Made by a program: the position numbers and the translations under genes
Source of the DNA: Cyanophyceae cyanobacterium
GTDB lineage: Bacteria; Cyanobacteriota; Cyanobacteriia; Cyanobacteriales; Laspinemataceae
Direction: 5' to 3'
Length of the DNA: 64,000 bases
NCBI GenBank assembly: GCA_038321985.1
Contig: JBBQFN010000015.1
Span: forward strand, 59,306-123,305
The notes under the pieces: model-generated
Seen by the model: only the letters and a program-made list of their open reading frames with translations
Database searches by the model: none
Told to the model about the DNA's origin: nothing
In this document: piece after piece, positions 53,187-64,000 of the stretch
Numbering within the stretch: position 1 is the first letter of the stretch
Layout: each line of letters begins with the position of its first letter

Positions 53187-54259
53187 AACAAATTTATGAG
53201 AGTCACAGAGGTTTACAGATACTTCAAGTCCGGACATTTACACCATTGATGTAGTCGTCGGACATAGCACTGCAAAGAGTAAAACTGTTTGCAGAGGCTG
53301 TATCTTGCGGCAGTGATCAAGCCTGAAAATTAATTCCTAAAGCGCTAATGCTTTCTCTAGGAAATCAAGGTCTCCAGTCATAACCTAGGGTCGGGGATTT
53401 CTGAAGAAATTACTTTATCCCGTTTGCTGGACTACTTCTGGCCGCTACAAAAAGAAGTGGTTTAATGATTTCCACCCCAATTGATCATCGCATTTTTTCT
53501 TCCTAAAACGGCATCCGATCCCTTGAATTTCGATCTCGAACCGCGATCGCTGCATTGGCTTAATATCTGAGGTCAAATCGCTGCGGCGATGTCGAACCTC
53601 TCTCAGCCGGTTGAGTCTCTTGTGTCCTGACTCGCTAGGAGGCCACAATCGCCCTGGGAAATGGTAACTCAGATAGCTCAATGCTATGAAAAGGAGCGAG
53701 GATTAGCAAAGAAAAAGGCTGAAGTTGGGGGAATAAATTTCCCGGTGATTGATAACTCACCCTAGGGTTGATTGGCACTTTGAATTGAATATTTGCTCAA
53801 GCGATTGAAGAAACGCCCGGATCTCCCTGACGTGGTATTTTCCTCTAGAGCTTGACTGGGGTTAGGGATGGAATTGTCCCTGGGTTTAGATAGAAGTTCA
53901 AAAGTGCTTTTTGCTCAGGTAGAGAGGCAGAATGGATAAGTTGATCCTCTGTGCGCCTGCGTTTTACAGATGCGGTTAAGAGTCACTCTGATTGGCGCTG
54001 GGTTAGGGGAGGTTAATTTTTTAGAAACCCGACAGGGCAACCCACCCAGTGAGGAATGAATCATCATGAAAGATAATTTGACCGTTGAAAACGGATTAAA
54101 CGTAAACTTTTGTTACCAGAATAAGTATACCATTCAATTCGATGCTTTTTTTTATCAGCTATCAATTCAGGGCAAATTAAAATTGAATATTAACAACTCG
54201 TAATTTTTGAATAATCAGGCTGGGTCATTGATTGAGTAAGATGATGACCCAAAAATGAA

Positions 54260-54290
54260 CAAGGGACAAGGATTTACCCCTTGTCCCTTC
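54260..54290 (-). terminator. Hairpin downstream of accA
   Basis: AAGGGACAAGG-atttacc-CCTTGTCCCTT. Confidence 0.6.
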
Positions 54291-54410
54291 TGCTTTGCGA
54301 AAGTTTGATTGCCGGGGCTTTGGCTCGATCGCCACCGACAGATATAGAGTGAACTAATTGATAGCGCTTACAAAAATGAATAGCTAAGACAACCTGTGAA
54401 TCCAGCCAAC

Positions 54411-55391
54411 TTAGGCCGTGGCTTCTGCAAACACCCCGATCCGGCGAAACTTCTGGTAACGGAGTTCCCGCCGTTGCTGACTGGTCACCGTAGAGAGTTC
54501 GTCTAAATTCTTTAATAGGGCTTCTTTGAGGCTTTCTGCGGCCTTCAGGGGATTGGAATGAGCGCCTCCCAAGGGTTCGGGCAAGATTTCATCGAGAATA
54601 CCCAGGTTTTTTAAGTCCCAAGAGGTAATTTTAAGGGCTTCAGCGGCGCGGGGAGCCTTCGATGCATCTTTCCAGAGAATGGCAGCACAGGCTTCGGGAG
54701 TCGCGACAGTGTAAACCGCGTGTTCAAACATTAACAGGCGATCGCCTACCCCAATGCCCAAAGCCCCACCGGAACCCCCTTCACCAATCACCGTAGAAAT
54801 AATCGGCACATCCAGACGGAACATTTCGCGCAGATTGTAGGCGATCGCCTCTCCCTGACCTTGATGTTCCGCTTCTACCCCCGCCCAAGCGCCGGGAGTA
54901 TCAATAAACGTAAAGATCGGCATCCCGAAGCGGTTGGCGTGATCCATCAACCGCATCGCTTTGCGATAACCCCCAGGGGAAGCCATCCCAAAATTGCGAG
55001 TCACGTTATCTTTGGTATCCCGACCTTTCTGATGTCCTAGAATCACGACTGGGATGCCCCCAATCCGGGCCACCCCGCCCACTAAGGCCGGGTCATCATA
55101 CCCGCCGCGATCGCCGTGGAGTTCCATCCATTCATCGGTAATGGCTTGAATATAATCCAACGTACTGGGGCGGCGGGGATGACGAGCCAACTGCAACCGC
55201 TGATACGGCGTTAACGTAGAAAAAATTTCCTGTCGGAGTTGGTTAGCGCGGGCTTCTAACTGGCGGATTTCCTCCGAGACATCTACCCCATTTTCTTCGG
55301 CGAGTTCTCGGATTTGTTGAATACGCCCTTCCAGTTCGGCCAGGGGCTTTTCAAAATCTAAAAGGAAAGTTCTACGTTCGTTCGTTGCCAT
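54411..55391 (-). CDS. accA: Acetyl-CoA carboxylase carboxyltransferase alpha subunit
   Basis: [22 protein letters not shown] and IGEGGSGGA. Confidence 0.96.
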   Translation of the reverse strand: MATNERRTFLLDFEKPLAELEGRIQQIRELAEENGVDVSEEIRQLEARANQLRQEIFSTLTPYQRLQLARHPRRPSTLDYIQAITDEWMELHGDRGGYDDPALVGGVARIGGIPVVILGHQKGRDTKDNVTRNFGMASPGGYRKAMRLMDHANRFGMPIFTFIDTPGAWAGVEAEHQGQGEAIAYNLREMFRLDVPIISTVIGEGGSGGALGIGVGDRLLMFEHAVYTVATPEACAAILWKDASKAPRAAEALKITSWDLKNLGILDEILPEPLGGAHSNPLKAAESLKEALLKNLDELSTVTSQQRRELRYQKFRRIGVFAEATA

Positions 55392-55501
55392 AACAGGTGA
55401 GGAGTTAGAGACCAGGGTGGGATCCGGTGAGTTCACAAGTCATCCGTTCTCCTCGGGTCCCCTTCACAGAAGCGATCGCCGAGAGGAACAAACAACCGAG
55501 A

Positions 55502-56530
55502 CTATCGAGGCTGAAGCAGCAGGGGTTGAAAGCCATGCTTGATCGACCATTCGCCAATCATTGCCATCTTCTGCACGGAGATTTGATTGCGTCCCCAGGA
55601 GAAATTCGTATAGATTTTTTCAAATTCCAGAAGCATCGACTCTGCAAAGCAAGCAAATAGCTGGCGTGCGGGTACATCCATACTGACGATTTGCATAATT
55701 CGCCAATCAATGTCCAGAGTATGTTCGACAATTCCGCCTTTGAGGACAAAAACCTCCGGATGTTGAATCAGGGTATCCAAGTTTTTCGGGTAGCCGCCAT
55801 CAATCATCAGACAAGGATGCTTTAAGGTGCTGGCATCAATTTGCACACCTTTGGGCATACTCGCCACCCAGACGACAATATCGGCCTCGGGTAGGGCTTC
55901 TTCCAAGGTCATAATTTTGCCGCGCCCTAAGTCCTCCTGCAATAACCGCAATCGTTCGCGATCGCGGGCGATTAACAGCAGTTCGGCAACATCCGTGCGA
56001 CTATCCATCCAGCGACAGACCGCACTCCCGATATCTCCGGTAGCCCCACAAACCGCTACAGTGGCTTTCGATAATTCGATGCCCAGTTGTTTCGATGCCT
56101 GTTCGACTTGCTGGCAAATAATATAGGCCGTGTGGGTGTTCCCGGTGGTAAAGCGCTCAAACTCTAGCTTGATATTGCGGACTTGCTCGAATTGCTGCAA
56201 GTTGAAATTTTCAAAGATAATTGAGGAAAAACCCCCGAGGGCCGTGATGTTAATGCCATGTTTTTGGGCGTGAGCCATCGCGTTAAGGATTTTGCGCGTT
56301 GCCGCCTTAATCCGCCGGGAGGCGAGCATCTCTGGCAGAAAGCAGGATTCCACATACCGTCCTTCAATAGTCTGGCCGGTGGCACTGGTAACAGTGATGT
56401 TATCGACTATCTGCGGTGGGGCGGAACACCAAAAATCCAACCCTTGATCGGCATATTCCGGGTAACCCAGCTCTTTAGCAACTGACTGGGCGTGAGCCAA
56501 ACTGGTAAGGTGACCGATGAGACCAAACAT
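55502..56530 (-). CDS. aar: Long-chain acyl-ACP reductase (alkane biosynthesis)
   Basis: [33 protein letters not shown] and NFSWGRN. Confidence 0.95.
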   Translation of the reverse strand: MFGLIGHLTSLAHAQSVAKELGYPEYADQGLDFWCSAPPQIVDNITVTSATGQTIEGRYVESCFLPEMLASRRIKAATRKILNAMAHAQKHGINITALGGFSSIIFENFNLQQFEQVRNIKLEFERFTTGNTHTAYIICQQVEQASKQLGIELSKATVAVCGATGDIGSAVCRWMDSRTDVAELLLIARDRERLRLLQEDLGRGKIMTLEEALPEADIVVWVASMPKGVQIDASTLKHPCLMIDGGYPKNLDTLIQHPEVFVLKGGIVEHTLDIDWRIMQIVSMDVPARQLFACFAESMLLEFEKIYTNFSWGRNQISVQKMAMIGEWSIKHGFQPLLLQPR

Positions 56531-56869
56531 TAAGCGTTTTAGGGTAGCCTTTGAATCAGGCGCAGTAGGGTTAAAGGAAAAGATTCATTAAGAATATCTT
56601 TAAATAGTACACAAAAATGCCGCTTCGCGGAGTATCTGTGCCCTGGGGATTCTAAACCGAGTATTCTAAGTGGGATTCGGGCCGCGTCAGGGTTTATTCC
56701 AGATGAGATTGCCAACCGAGGCTAAATTTTCTCAAGAAATTGGGCTTCGGTTGGCGCTACCCACCCCCGAGGGGGAGTATTAGTAAAGGCCAAAATAATA
56801 GCGATCGCCCCGACTGAAGCAAAAACTACTAGAATCAAGGGCGATCGCCAGCGGGTTGAAGGGTTGAAT

Positions 56870-57568
56870 TTAGGCCCCGATGAGTCCGTAAGCAGACATC
56901 CGCATGATGTCGCGAGTTGTAAACCCAATCGTGCTTAAGGCTTCACCGTAAGCAATCATAAAGTCTTCGACAAGGGCTTCTTTTTCCATGCCCAAAACCT
57001 TAGCATCCTTCTCAACCTTATTGAGCATCTTCCAGACGATGGGGAGGTTCTGACGGTTGGCTTGTTCGAGTTCAGTTTTAGACTCTTCAAAATGAGCTTG
57101 CAGCCACTGTTCCCCAAAATTGAGGTGGCTATATTCATCTTTGACGACGCCTTCGGTAATTTTCCGTGCAAAGGGGTCAGCCACAGGGATATAGATGTTG
57201 TAAGCGGCGATCGCAAAGCTTTCGATAATCAACGCTTGAATCAACAAACAGGTTACCACCTGGCCTTGAGCAGCAGCCTCTTTGAAATTTTGGTGCAACC
57301 CTGCAAAAAATTCCTGGGCAAACTCCATGTCAGGTTCTACGGACAAATTCCGTCCACAGGCTTGGAACCCTTTCTTGTGACGGCTTTCCATTTTTGCCAA
57401 GCCGATCAATTCATCTTTAGTATCCGGCAGCATTTCAGCCAATTTAATATAGTTATCATTGGCTTCCTGTTCGCCTTCTATAACAATTGCATTAATTCGG
57501 CTGTAAGCATCTTTATAAGTTGCGCTTTGGAAGTCAAAGGTTGCGCTGGTGGCCTCAAGCTGGGGCAT
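56870..57568 (-). CDS. ado: Aldehyde-deformylating oxygenase (alkane biosynthesis)
   Basis: [19 protein letters not shown]; di-iron ExxH motifs (ESRH, EYSH); MPQLEA start. Confidence 0.95.
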   Translation of the reverse strand: MPQLEATSATFDFQSATYKDAYSRINAIVIEGEQEANDNYIKLAEMLPDTKDELIGLAKMESRHKKGFQACGRNLSVEPDMEFAQEFFAGLHQNFKEAAAQGQVVTCLLIQALIIESFAIAAYNIYIPVADPFARKITEGVVKDEYSHLNFGEQWLQAHFEESKTELEQANRQNLPIVWKMLNKVEKDAKVLGMEKEALVEDFMIAYGEALSTIGFTTRDIMRMSAYGLIGA

Positions 57569-57817
57569 AGCTGTGTTTTCTCCTGATGATATTGTTGCCG
57601 ACGATCCTAGAACTGACCTTAATATTTGAGTTAAGGTAAAGGATAAACTGGTTAACACCACTTAAAGGTCTTTTATTTTACTTCTTAGTTCGTCATATAA
57701 CTTTACCATTTTTTCAGGGAATCGCCAACGACGGTAGACTCTGCCGGAAATCAAGCCCCAAGGTCTGCCCAACTGGGGTGGTTCGGAATGTGACCCCAGC
57801 GATCGCCGGGTTTCGGA

Positions 57818-58861
57818 CTACTCGGGTTGAGAATCACTGAGAATTTGCAAGCGAATCGTGCGATCGCCCTCATCTCCTAAAGGCACTTCGATGATTTGAC
57901 CCGCCAAGCGGTCCAAACAAGTTAAAAGCATTCGCAAATGGGGGGTACTCGCACCTGTGTCTACATACAGGCGATCGGTAAGACTGCCCAAACGCCGCCA
58001 AGTGGTATAAAGTTTGGCAACAGTTTGTTCAATTTGTGATGCTTGTTTGACCAAATCTGCCGCCGTATTTAAACAACCCATGCGCAGGGCTTCTTCTAAG
58101 GCCATTTCCACATCAATAGAACTTGTGGCGATCGCCTGGACTTGTGCGGCTGCATCTAAATATTTAGACAAACTCCGCGCATCTGAGGTCAGTTGCTTAA
58201 CCGTATCCACATCGGGGTTAATCGCCGCTTCCTCCCGAATTGAAACCTGGTGGGAGGGGGGCAGTTTTTCCATCTCTCGAACCAATGGCGCGAGATAACG
58301 GGGCGGCAGAGAACCAGCAGTGGCCTTTTCTTTCACTTCTTCCGGTAGCAACTCTGAAGTCATGGCGGTCCATTCATCCGAGAGTTGGCGCACTTCCCGA
58401 CGGGTGATGCGATCGCCATCTCTTGCCGCTTGAGTGACCATCTGCTGCACCTCGGGAGCAGATTTAGCCGTTTCCACAAAAGCCCGTTTGCTAAATTTAT
58501 TAATCGTGTCCGGGTCCAAATCTCCCTGGCTTAAGAGAGTATCCGCACTGTTTGCCAGTTCAATCAGGGAATATGCCTGACTTTTGCTGATTTCCCGGTC
58601 TTTGAGCCAGTTGAGGAAGCCCCTCCCCCGTCCTTCACCGCCAATTTTCTCGCGATCGCGCACGGCACTTAGGATTCGTCCACGCCAAATATCGGTTTGC
58701 AGGTCGAAATGGTCACAGACTTTCCAGGCGTTATCCACCTGATGCTCGAAATCCGGTTCTGAAATGTCCTCATCTTCGGGATCTGGAAGGTTAAAATTCA
58801 AGTCTGTGATGTTTTCTAGAACCGCAGCCAGTTCTTCCGGGGATTGGGGTCGTTCAGCCAT
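57818..58861 (-). CDS. Conserved cyanobacterial hypothetical protein (N-terminal HTH/DUF3102-like segment)
   Basis: Long ORF with GRILSAVRDRE...FLNWLKDREISKSQAYSLIELA. Confidence 0.75.
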   Translation of the reverse strand: MAERPQSPEELAAVLENITDLNFNLPDPEDEDISEPDFEHQVDNAWKVCDHFDLQTDIWRGRILSAVRDREKIGGEGRGRGFLNWLKDREISKSQAYSLIELANSADTLLSQGDLDPDTINKFSKRAFVETAKSAPEVQQMVTQAARDGDRITRREVRQLSDEWTAMTSELLPEEVKEKATAGSLPPRYLAPLVREMEKLPPSHQVSIREEAAINPDVDTVKQLTSDARSLSKYLDAAAQVQAIATSSIDVEMALEEALRMGCLNTAADLVKQASQIEQTVAKLYTTWRRLGSLTDRLYVDTGASTPHLRMLLTCLDRLAGQIIEVPLGDEGDRTIRLQILSDSQPE

Positions 58862-59192
58862 GGACAGCAGCAAGTTTGTTGGGCGACAGCCGACTTATTA
58901 TGGCACGACTTGGGTCTACTCCATGCATTGTTTTGCCCTGGGAAGAGACGGACGGAGGTCCCTCCCCTGATGTCCCCTCCCACTCGCTTTGCCTAGGGGC
59001 GATCGAGACTATACCCTGCCTTCACCGTACTCCATAAACTTCGGTCTTCCTATCTCTTATAGCCCCCTATCTGGTAACAGTTTGCTTTATTTTTAAATAA
59101 AAAACACTCATTTTTAATCGAATTTACCGATTACATTGACACTGGCTTTCTAAACGTTTAAAATTAAAAATAAATCATCAAAGGTTATATAG

Positions 59193-59633
59193 ATGACTGT
59201 GTTAAAATTGGGCGATCGCAGCGATGCGGTTAAGTCTTTGCAGCAGAACTTACAAACCTTGGGATTATTTTCGGGAACAGTGGATGGGGTTTTTGGACCT
59301 AAAACCGAAACTGCGGTAAAAGCGTTTCAAAAAAATATGGGTCTGCAAGCGGACGGCGTTGTAGGTAAAGAAACCCAGGATAATTTTGAAGGCTTAATGC
59401 GATCGCCTCAACCGGGACCCACGTTACGAAGGGGCTCAAAAGGAGACCCCGTAAAATCCCTACAAGAAACTTTAAAACAAGTGGGTTATGACCCGGGACC
59501 CATTGATGGCAGTTTCGGTCCCAAAACAGAAGCCGCTGTCAAAGCAGTTCAGCAGAAAAATCGCATGGTAGTCGATGGAATTGTAGGAACTTGGACCTGG
59601 CGTAAATTGACCTTTTTAACCTTTTTATTTTAA
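59193..59633 (+). CDS. Protein of two peptidoglycan-binding (PG_binding_1) domains
   Basis: Two repeats of V.SLQ..L...G.....DG.FGPKTE.AVKA.Q......DG.VG..T. Confidence 0.88.
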   Translation: MTVLKLGDRSDAVKSLQQNLQTLGLFSGTVDGVFGPKTETAVKAFQKNMGLQADGVVGKETQDNFEGLMRSPQPGPTLRRGSKGDPVKSLQETLKQVGYDPGPIDGSFGPKTEAAVKAVQQKNRMVVDGIVGTWTWRKLTFLTFLF

Positions 59634-59680
59634 AGGGAATTATGTTAACCTTCAATTCCTTGAGAACTTGAGGAGGAAAT

Positions 59681-59751
59681 AACGACTAAAGTCGTTACTA
59701 CAAACCCAGATAAAAACCTTTATTCTGTTTGTACTAACGACTTTAGTTGTT
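59681..59751. repeat. REP/MITE-like palindromic element, copy 2 (possible bidirectional terminator)
   Basis: AACGACTAAAGTCGTTACTACAAAC ... GTTTGTACTAACGACTTTAGTTGTT; each arm is itself palindromic; lies between convergent genes. Confidence 0.8.
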
Positions 59752-59783
59752 TTCCACTTCATAAATCAAAACCCTAATAAAAA

Positions 59784-60359
59784 TTACCGTTTGATATTGC
59801 GCTTCAAACGTTCTAATTCTTCATCCGCTTCCCAGCGCCGAAATTCCTGGTCTACCGGATCGGCACCGCTATTAAAACTGCGGTTATAACCTTTATTCCA
59901 ACCCGTATCCCAGCTCGTCTGAGTTTTAGTTTGAGCGCGCGCTGCCTCTGCCTCTACCGCTTTTGCTTTCACTTCGCGATGGCGGACTTGAATCTGACGA
60001 TACAAATCCTTAGCTTTTTCAATTCGCTCTTTAACCCCTTGCATTTGACCCCAGAATTGATTGCCTTCACGGAGTAAAGAGGCTTCTCGTTCTTGTGCGG
60101 CACGTACTAAATCTTCTCGGTTCGCCGATTTGGCTTTATTAATGCGATCGTGCCAAAGTTGAATTTCCTGAGCTGTAGAGAGGATACTCTCCTGCAATTG
60201 CTTTTCTTTGCGTTGCAACTCCAGAATTAATTTGAGGGTATCCTCCTGTTGCTCCGCCAGTTGCTCCTCTAGCACCTGTAACTCCAGATGAGGATTATTT
60301 CGCATAAACTCCTCTAGTCTGGTTTCTAAGAACCGGCTCATGTCTTCAAATAGACTCAT
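59784..60359 (-). CDS. TIGR04376-family PspA-like coiled-coil protein
   Basis: MSLFEDMSRFLETRLEEF start, coiled coil, C-terminal F.RWE.DEEL..LK. Confidence 0.75.
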   Translation of the reverse strand: MSLFEDMSRFLETRLEEFMRNNPHLELQVLEEQLAEQQEDTLKLILELQRKEKQLQESILSTAQEIQLWHDRINKAKSANREDLVRAAQEREASLLREGNQFWGQMQGVKERIEKAKDLYRQIQVRHREVKAKAVEAEAARAQTKTQTSWDTGWNKGYNRSFNSGADPVDQEFRRWEADEELERLKRNIKR

Positions 60360-60432
60360 TGCAGGCACTCCCCCACTCAGGTTTCACTTCTTCTTTTATG
60401 GTAGGCCAATTTTTCGTGAGTGTTTTCACGGC

Positions 60433-60458
60433 TAGGGACGCACCTCGTGCGCCCCTAC
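60433..60458. repeat. Short REP-like palindrome
   Basis: TAGGGACGCAC-ctc-GTGCGCCCCTA, resembling the cyanobacterial GTAGGGGCGCA...TGCGCCCCTAC type. Confidence 0.55.
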
Positions 60459-60493
60459 TGCTTCATCGGCTCAACTGTCCGCCGGGGGATTTC

Positions 60494-61843
60494 CTACAAG
60501 GACTGTCCCGTATAAATTGAGCGTACTTCACCGTTGCGACGGATAATCGCTTCGCCGTCTTTAACTTCGACCAAACTCCACCCCGTTGAGCCAATAGTCT
60601 CGCCAATATTAACCCGACGGGGAACCCCATCGACTTCAAATAAGGCCACTGAGCGATCGCCCAATTCCAGGATTCCGACCAATTTATGCTTGATTGCAGA
60701 AATACTCGAACTGGATGCGGCGGCAGCGGGGGCTGGTTCCGAGTCTTCCGCGCGATCGCCACTTTGTGCTTCTCCACTATTCCCGGGAGTTTCTTCTGCC
60801 GTCGGGGGTGCCGGTTGGGGAATCGGTGGGGGTGCCGATGCGACTGGGGGTTTTACGGTAACAGGTCTACTAGGCTGGGTAGGAGTCGGAGTCGGTGTGG
60901 GTGCCGGTGTGGGCGTAGTAGAAGTGGGTGCTGGAGTCGGTGCAGCAGCTTGAGTTGCTGCCGGTGCGGGTGCCGCTGCGGGTTTTGGGGGTGTTGCTGG
61001 CGCTGCTGCGGGTTTTGGAGTTGCTGCCGGTGCGGGTGTCGCTGCCGTAGTTTGGGGTGCTTGAGGAGTCCGAGGAACCGTAACCGTGAGAGTGGGTTGC
61101 ACCAGGGTGGGATTGATACCGCGTTCTAGGGCGATCGCAATCCGATTGAGCACTTCGGCAAGATTCCCTTGATGAGGCGTATTTACCGTCACCTGGGTAG
61201 CGGGTACCATCACATTCGGAGGATTAACCGTGACATTCACCGGAGGCGGGGGAGGGGGAATCGGTAATGCGGTATTTGGCGCTACCACAGGTTCTGCCGG
61301 TTGACCCGCTGCTTGCCGGTCCATGACATCCAGCGATCGCTCCATATAGGCGACAAAATCGGCGTCTGCCTCGGCTTTCAACTGTTCTGCCGTTTTGGGA
61401 AGGGCAACGGATTGGGGCTGCGCTGGGGCAATTTGCGCCCAGAACTGCTGCAAATATCCCCGATTCCATAACCATAAACCTAGGGTAATCAGCAACAATC
61501 CACAGGCGGAACCTAATAACAGCCGATCAAACGATTGTCCTTTACGCCGCTTATCTGTGCGGGTCGCTTTCGCCTCCACTGTCGCTTCTGCGGCAGTTTT
61601 CGGCATCATCGTTTCCGGGAGGATGATTTGCGGGACCTGCACAGATTTTAAAGTGACCAAATCCGGCGGTGCCGGTTTTGGTTGGCGAGTGCCACCATCT
61701 AAAATCCGGTCTACATCTTGAAACAGGTCATTCATGAGGCGATCGGCGTAGGCATCGACCGACCAGTTCGGGGTCCCGACCCCGCCTTTCTGCTGTTCCG
61801 CCTGGGGTGAGTCTATGGTTTTGGTGCTGGTATCCTGAGACAT
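60494..61843 (-). CDS. Membrane-anchored Pro/Ala/Thr-rich protein with a GspC/PilP-like C-terminal beta domain
   Basis: Single TM, long PAT-rich linker, C-terminal LVGILELGDRSVALF...IGETIGSTGWSLVEV....AIIRRNGE. Confidence 0.7.
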   Translation of the reverse strand: MSQDTSTKTIDSPQAEQQKGGVGTPNWSVDAYADRLMNDLFQDVDRILDGGTRQPKPAPPDLVTLKSVQVPQIILPETMMPKTAAEATVEAKATRTDKRRKGQSFDRLLLGSACGLLLITLGLWLWNRGYLQQFWAQIAPAQPQSVALPKTAEQLKAEADADFVAYMERSLDVMDRQAAGQPAEPVVAPNTALPIPPPPPPVNVTVNPPNVMVPATQVTVNTPHQGNLAEVLNRIAIALERGINPTLVQPTLTVTVPRTPQAPQTTAATPAPAATPKPAAAPATPPKPAAAPAPAATQAAAPTPAPTSTTPTPAPTPTPTPTQPSRPVTVKPPVASAPPPIPQPAPPTAEETPGNSGEAQSGDRAEDSEPAPAAAASSSSISAIKHKLVGILELGDRSVALFEVDGVPRRVNIGETIGSTGWSLVEVKDGEAIIRRNGEVRSIYTGQSL

Positions 61844-62091
61844 GGCCTTTTTTTTATAAGGGTTAGGGTTAAAGACGCGATCGCAATTATCGGGCGACTA
61901 CTGGCAAGCGGGCAGTTACCCTCCGATTTTATAACCTAGTTTAGACAATAATCCGACGGTTCTAATTTGGGGCTGTAACCCGCTCGAACGAATTGCACCC
62001 ATTTATTGTCCTCGCTTTTGAGGAAACGGTCAACCGTCTTGATGTTAAAAACTATTGACAAAAACCGCAGTTGCCATTAAAAAATCCCTCG

Positions 62092-62118
62092 TTCCCTAGT
62101 CCGTAGGGACTAGGGAAA
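62092..62118 (-). terminator. Hairpin terminator downstream of mnmG
   Basis: TTCCCTAGTCC-gtag-GGACTAGGGAA. Confidence 0.65.
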
Positions 62119-62128
62119 CCGAGCCATT

Positions 62129-64000
62129 CTAAACCGAGCCACTCCTGGCCAACTGTCGTCCTTGTAACTCCAGATAAATCAACAAGGCATTAATGTCCGC
62201 AGGATTCACTCCCCCAATCCGACAAGCTTGCCCGATCGTCAAGGGTTTAACCTTCGCCAATTTTTCCCGCGCCTCCTTAGACAAAGTGATAATATTGGCA
62301 TAATCCAAGTCGGGAGATAGCTTACGATGTTCTTCCCGTGCCACCTGGTCGATTTGATGTTGCTGCCGCTGGATGTAACCGGAATATTTGATATCAATTT
62401 CTGCACCCTCCCGTTCCTCTAAACTCAAATCCAGATTGCTCAGTTCGTAACGGTTGAGGTCAACATAATGGAAACCGGGACGACGCAACAATTCGGCCAA
62501 AGTAATCGACCCTTTAATCTTTTGCTGAATATCAGCGGCGATCGCCACCCCCAATTCCTCATGTTCCTTAATCCGCGTCGTCTCTAACCGTTGTTTTTCT
62601 GCCGCGATATTTTCCTGCTTGTGGGTAAATAATTCCCAGCGGCGATCGTCTATCAACCCAATCTCCCGTCCCACCGGCGTCATCCGCTGATCGGCATTAT
62701 CCGATCGCAACAACAACCGATACTCCGATCGCGACGTCAACATCCGATACGGTTCCCGCAAATCCTTCGTACACAAATCATCCATCAACGTCCCTAGGTA
62801 ACTTTGTTCCCGAGGGAAAATAATCGCATCCTCACCGCGCACCAACCGCGCCGCATTAATTCCCGCCACAAGTCCTTGTGCCGCAGCTTCCTCGTATCCC
62901 GTCGTCCCATTAATCTGACCCGCACAGAATAACCCCTCGATTTTCTTCGTCATCAAGGTTGGGTAACATTGTGTTGCTGGGAGATAATCATACTCCACCG
63001 CATAAGCCGGACGTAACATCGTACAATGTTCTAAACCTGGAAGACTCCGCAAGAGTTCCAACTGTAAACTCTCCGGCAGACCTGTCGAAAATCCCTGGAT
63101 ATACAACTCGGGAATATCCCGACCTTCCGGCTCAATAAAAATCTGGTGAGATTCCTTGTCCGCAAATCGCACAATTTTATCTTCAATACTCGGACAATAA
63201 CGCGGACCTTTCGCATCCACCCAGCCGCCATATACCGGAGATAAATGCAGATTTTCCCGAATCAGACGATGAGTTTCCGCCGTTGTGCGAGTGAGATGAC
63301 AAGGCATCTGTTCCCGTTCCACCCAAACATCCGGGTCAAAACTGAACCAACGCACCTCCGCATCCCCCGGTTGTGGTTCCATCTTACTGTAATCCACCGA
63401 TCGCCGGTCCACTCTTGCTGGAGTCCCGGTTTTCAACCGTCCCGTTTCAAATCCCAGACGGTTCAACGTCTCCGTCAACCCCACAGCAGCAAATTCTCCG
63501 GCACGTCCGGCACTCATGGACTTATTCCCCACCCAGATTGTCCCACCCAGGAAGGTTCCCGTGGTTAAAATCACCGCCTTGCAACCAAAGGCGACGCCAA
63601 AATAGGTTTCCACACCCATGACATCATCATTGTCACCCAGAACCAGATCCGTAACCATGCCTTCGCGGATGAATAAATTCTCTTGATTTTCGACAATTGT
63701 TTTCATCACGTGAGCATATTCACGCTTATCCGTCTGAGCACGTAACGCCCAAACAGCGGGACCTCGTGAAGAATTGAGGACTCGCTTTTGCAGATAAGTG
63801 CGATCGGCAATCTTGCCAATTTCGCCCCCTAGCGCATCCACCTCATGAGTGAGTTGGGACTTCGCAGGGCCACCCACTGCCGGATTGCAGGGTTGCCACG
63901 CAATCTTATCCAAATTCAGCGTCAGCAAAAGGGTGCGACACCCAAGACGTGCCGTAGCGAGTGCTGCTTCACATCCCGAGTGACCCGCACCCACAACAAC
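62129..64000 (-). CDS. mnmG: tRNA uridine-5-carboxymethylaminomethyl(34) synthesis enzyme (5' end outside window)
   Basis: [35 protein letters not shown] and [16 protein letters not shown]. Confidence 0.96.
   Translation of the reverse strand, partial: VVVGAGHSGCEAALATARLGCRTLLLTLNLDKIAWQPCNPAVGGPAKSQLTHEVDALGGEIGKIADRTYLQKRVLNSSRGPAVWALRAQTDKREYAHVMKTIVENQENLFIREGMVTDLVLGDNDDVMGVETYFGVAFGCKAVILTTGTFLGGTIWVGNKSMSAGRAGEFAAVGLTETLNRLGFETGRLKTGTPARVDRRSVDYSKMEPQPGDAEVRWFSFDPDVWVEREQMPCHLTRTTAETHRLIRENLHLSPVYGGWVDAKGPRYCPSIEDKIVRFADKESHQIFIEPEGRDIPELYIQGFSTGLPESLQLELLRSLPGLEHCTMLRPAYAVEYDYLPATQCYPTLMTKKIEGLFCAGQINGTTGYEEAAAQGLVAGINAARLVRGEDAIIFPREQSYLGTLMDDLCTKDLREPYRMLTSRSEYRLLLRSDNADQRMTPVGREIGLIDDRRWELFTHKQENIAAEKQRLETTRIKEHEELGVAIAADIQQKIKGSITLAELLRRPGFHYVDLNRYELSNLDLSLEEREGAEIDIKYSGYIQRQQHQIDQVAREEHRKLSPDLDYANIITLSKEAREKLAKVKPLTIGQACRIGGVNPADINALLIYLELQGRQLARSGSV

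Larger units (their letters stand above)
1..64000. repeat. Dispersed HIP1 octamer GCGATCGC
   Basis: Recurs throughout coding and intergenic DNA (e.g. near 487, 4139, 6515, 13509); a hallmark of cyanobacterial genomes. Confidence 0.95.

Noticed and set aside
54102..54116. GTA...TAC upstream of folE, and a similar site at 51700-51714
   Set aside because: Spacing is N9 rather than N8, so these are not canonical NtcA boxes.
60686..61129. Cys-rich 147-aa ORF resembling a metallothionein or RiPP precursor
   Set aside because: It is the antisense translation of the Pro/Ala/Thr-rich linker of the 60494-61843 gene.
1..64000. tRNA, rRNA, CRISPR arrays and prophage genes
   Set aside because: None recognised by eye; tRNAscan-SE and Infernal runs would be needed to exclude small RNAs.

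Overview
A 64 kb chromosomal window from a cyanobacterium, judged by the photosynthesis genes (chlD, apcF, psaK), abundant HIP1 octamers (GCGATCGC) and NtcA boxes; the repeat types suggest a filamentous, Oscillatoriales-like lineage (inference). Most of it is housekeeping: pdhB-secD-secF, chlD, dnaE, gatA, tlyA, apcF/glnA, psaK, trpF, folE, the ado-aar-accA alkane cluster and a 5'-truncated mnmG. Six features stand out. (1) A c-di-AMP (ydaO/yuaA) riboswitch with a visible expression platform heads an NrtA/CmpA-type ABC operon. (2) Four Cys4-finger Ser/Thr kinases lie in tandem, three with WD40 repeats; the last looks like a pseudokinase. (3) dnaE is contiguous and intein-free, although most non-picocyanobacteria carry a split-intein gene. 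(4) A pile of IS remnants, including a TIR-bounded MITE, brackets a CHASE3 chemoreceptor. (5) Two NtcA promoters, one activating and one apparently repressing, each precede a long structured leader. (6) There is a VapBC-like toxin-antitoxin pair. No rRNA, tRNA or CRISPR array was recognised. All family assignments come from motif recognition by eye, not database searches.
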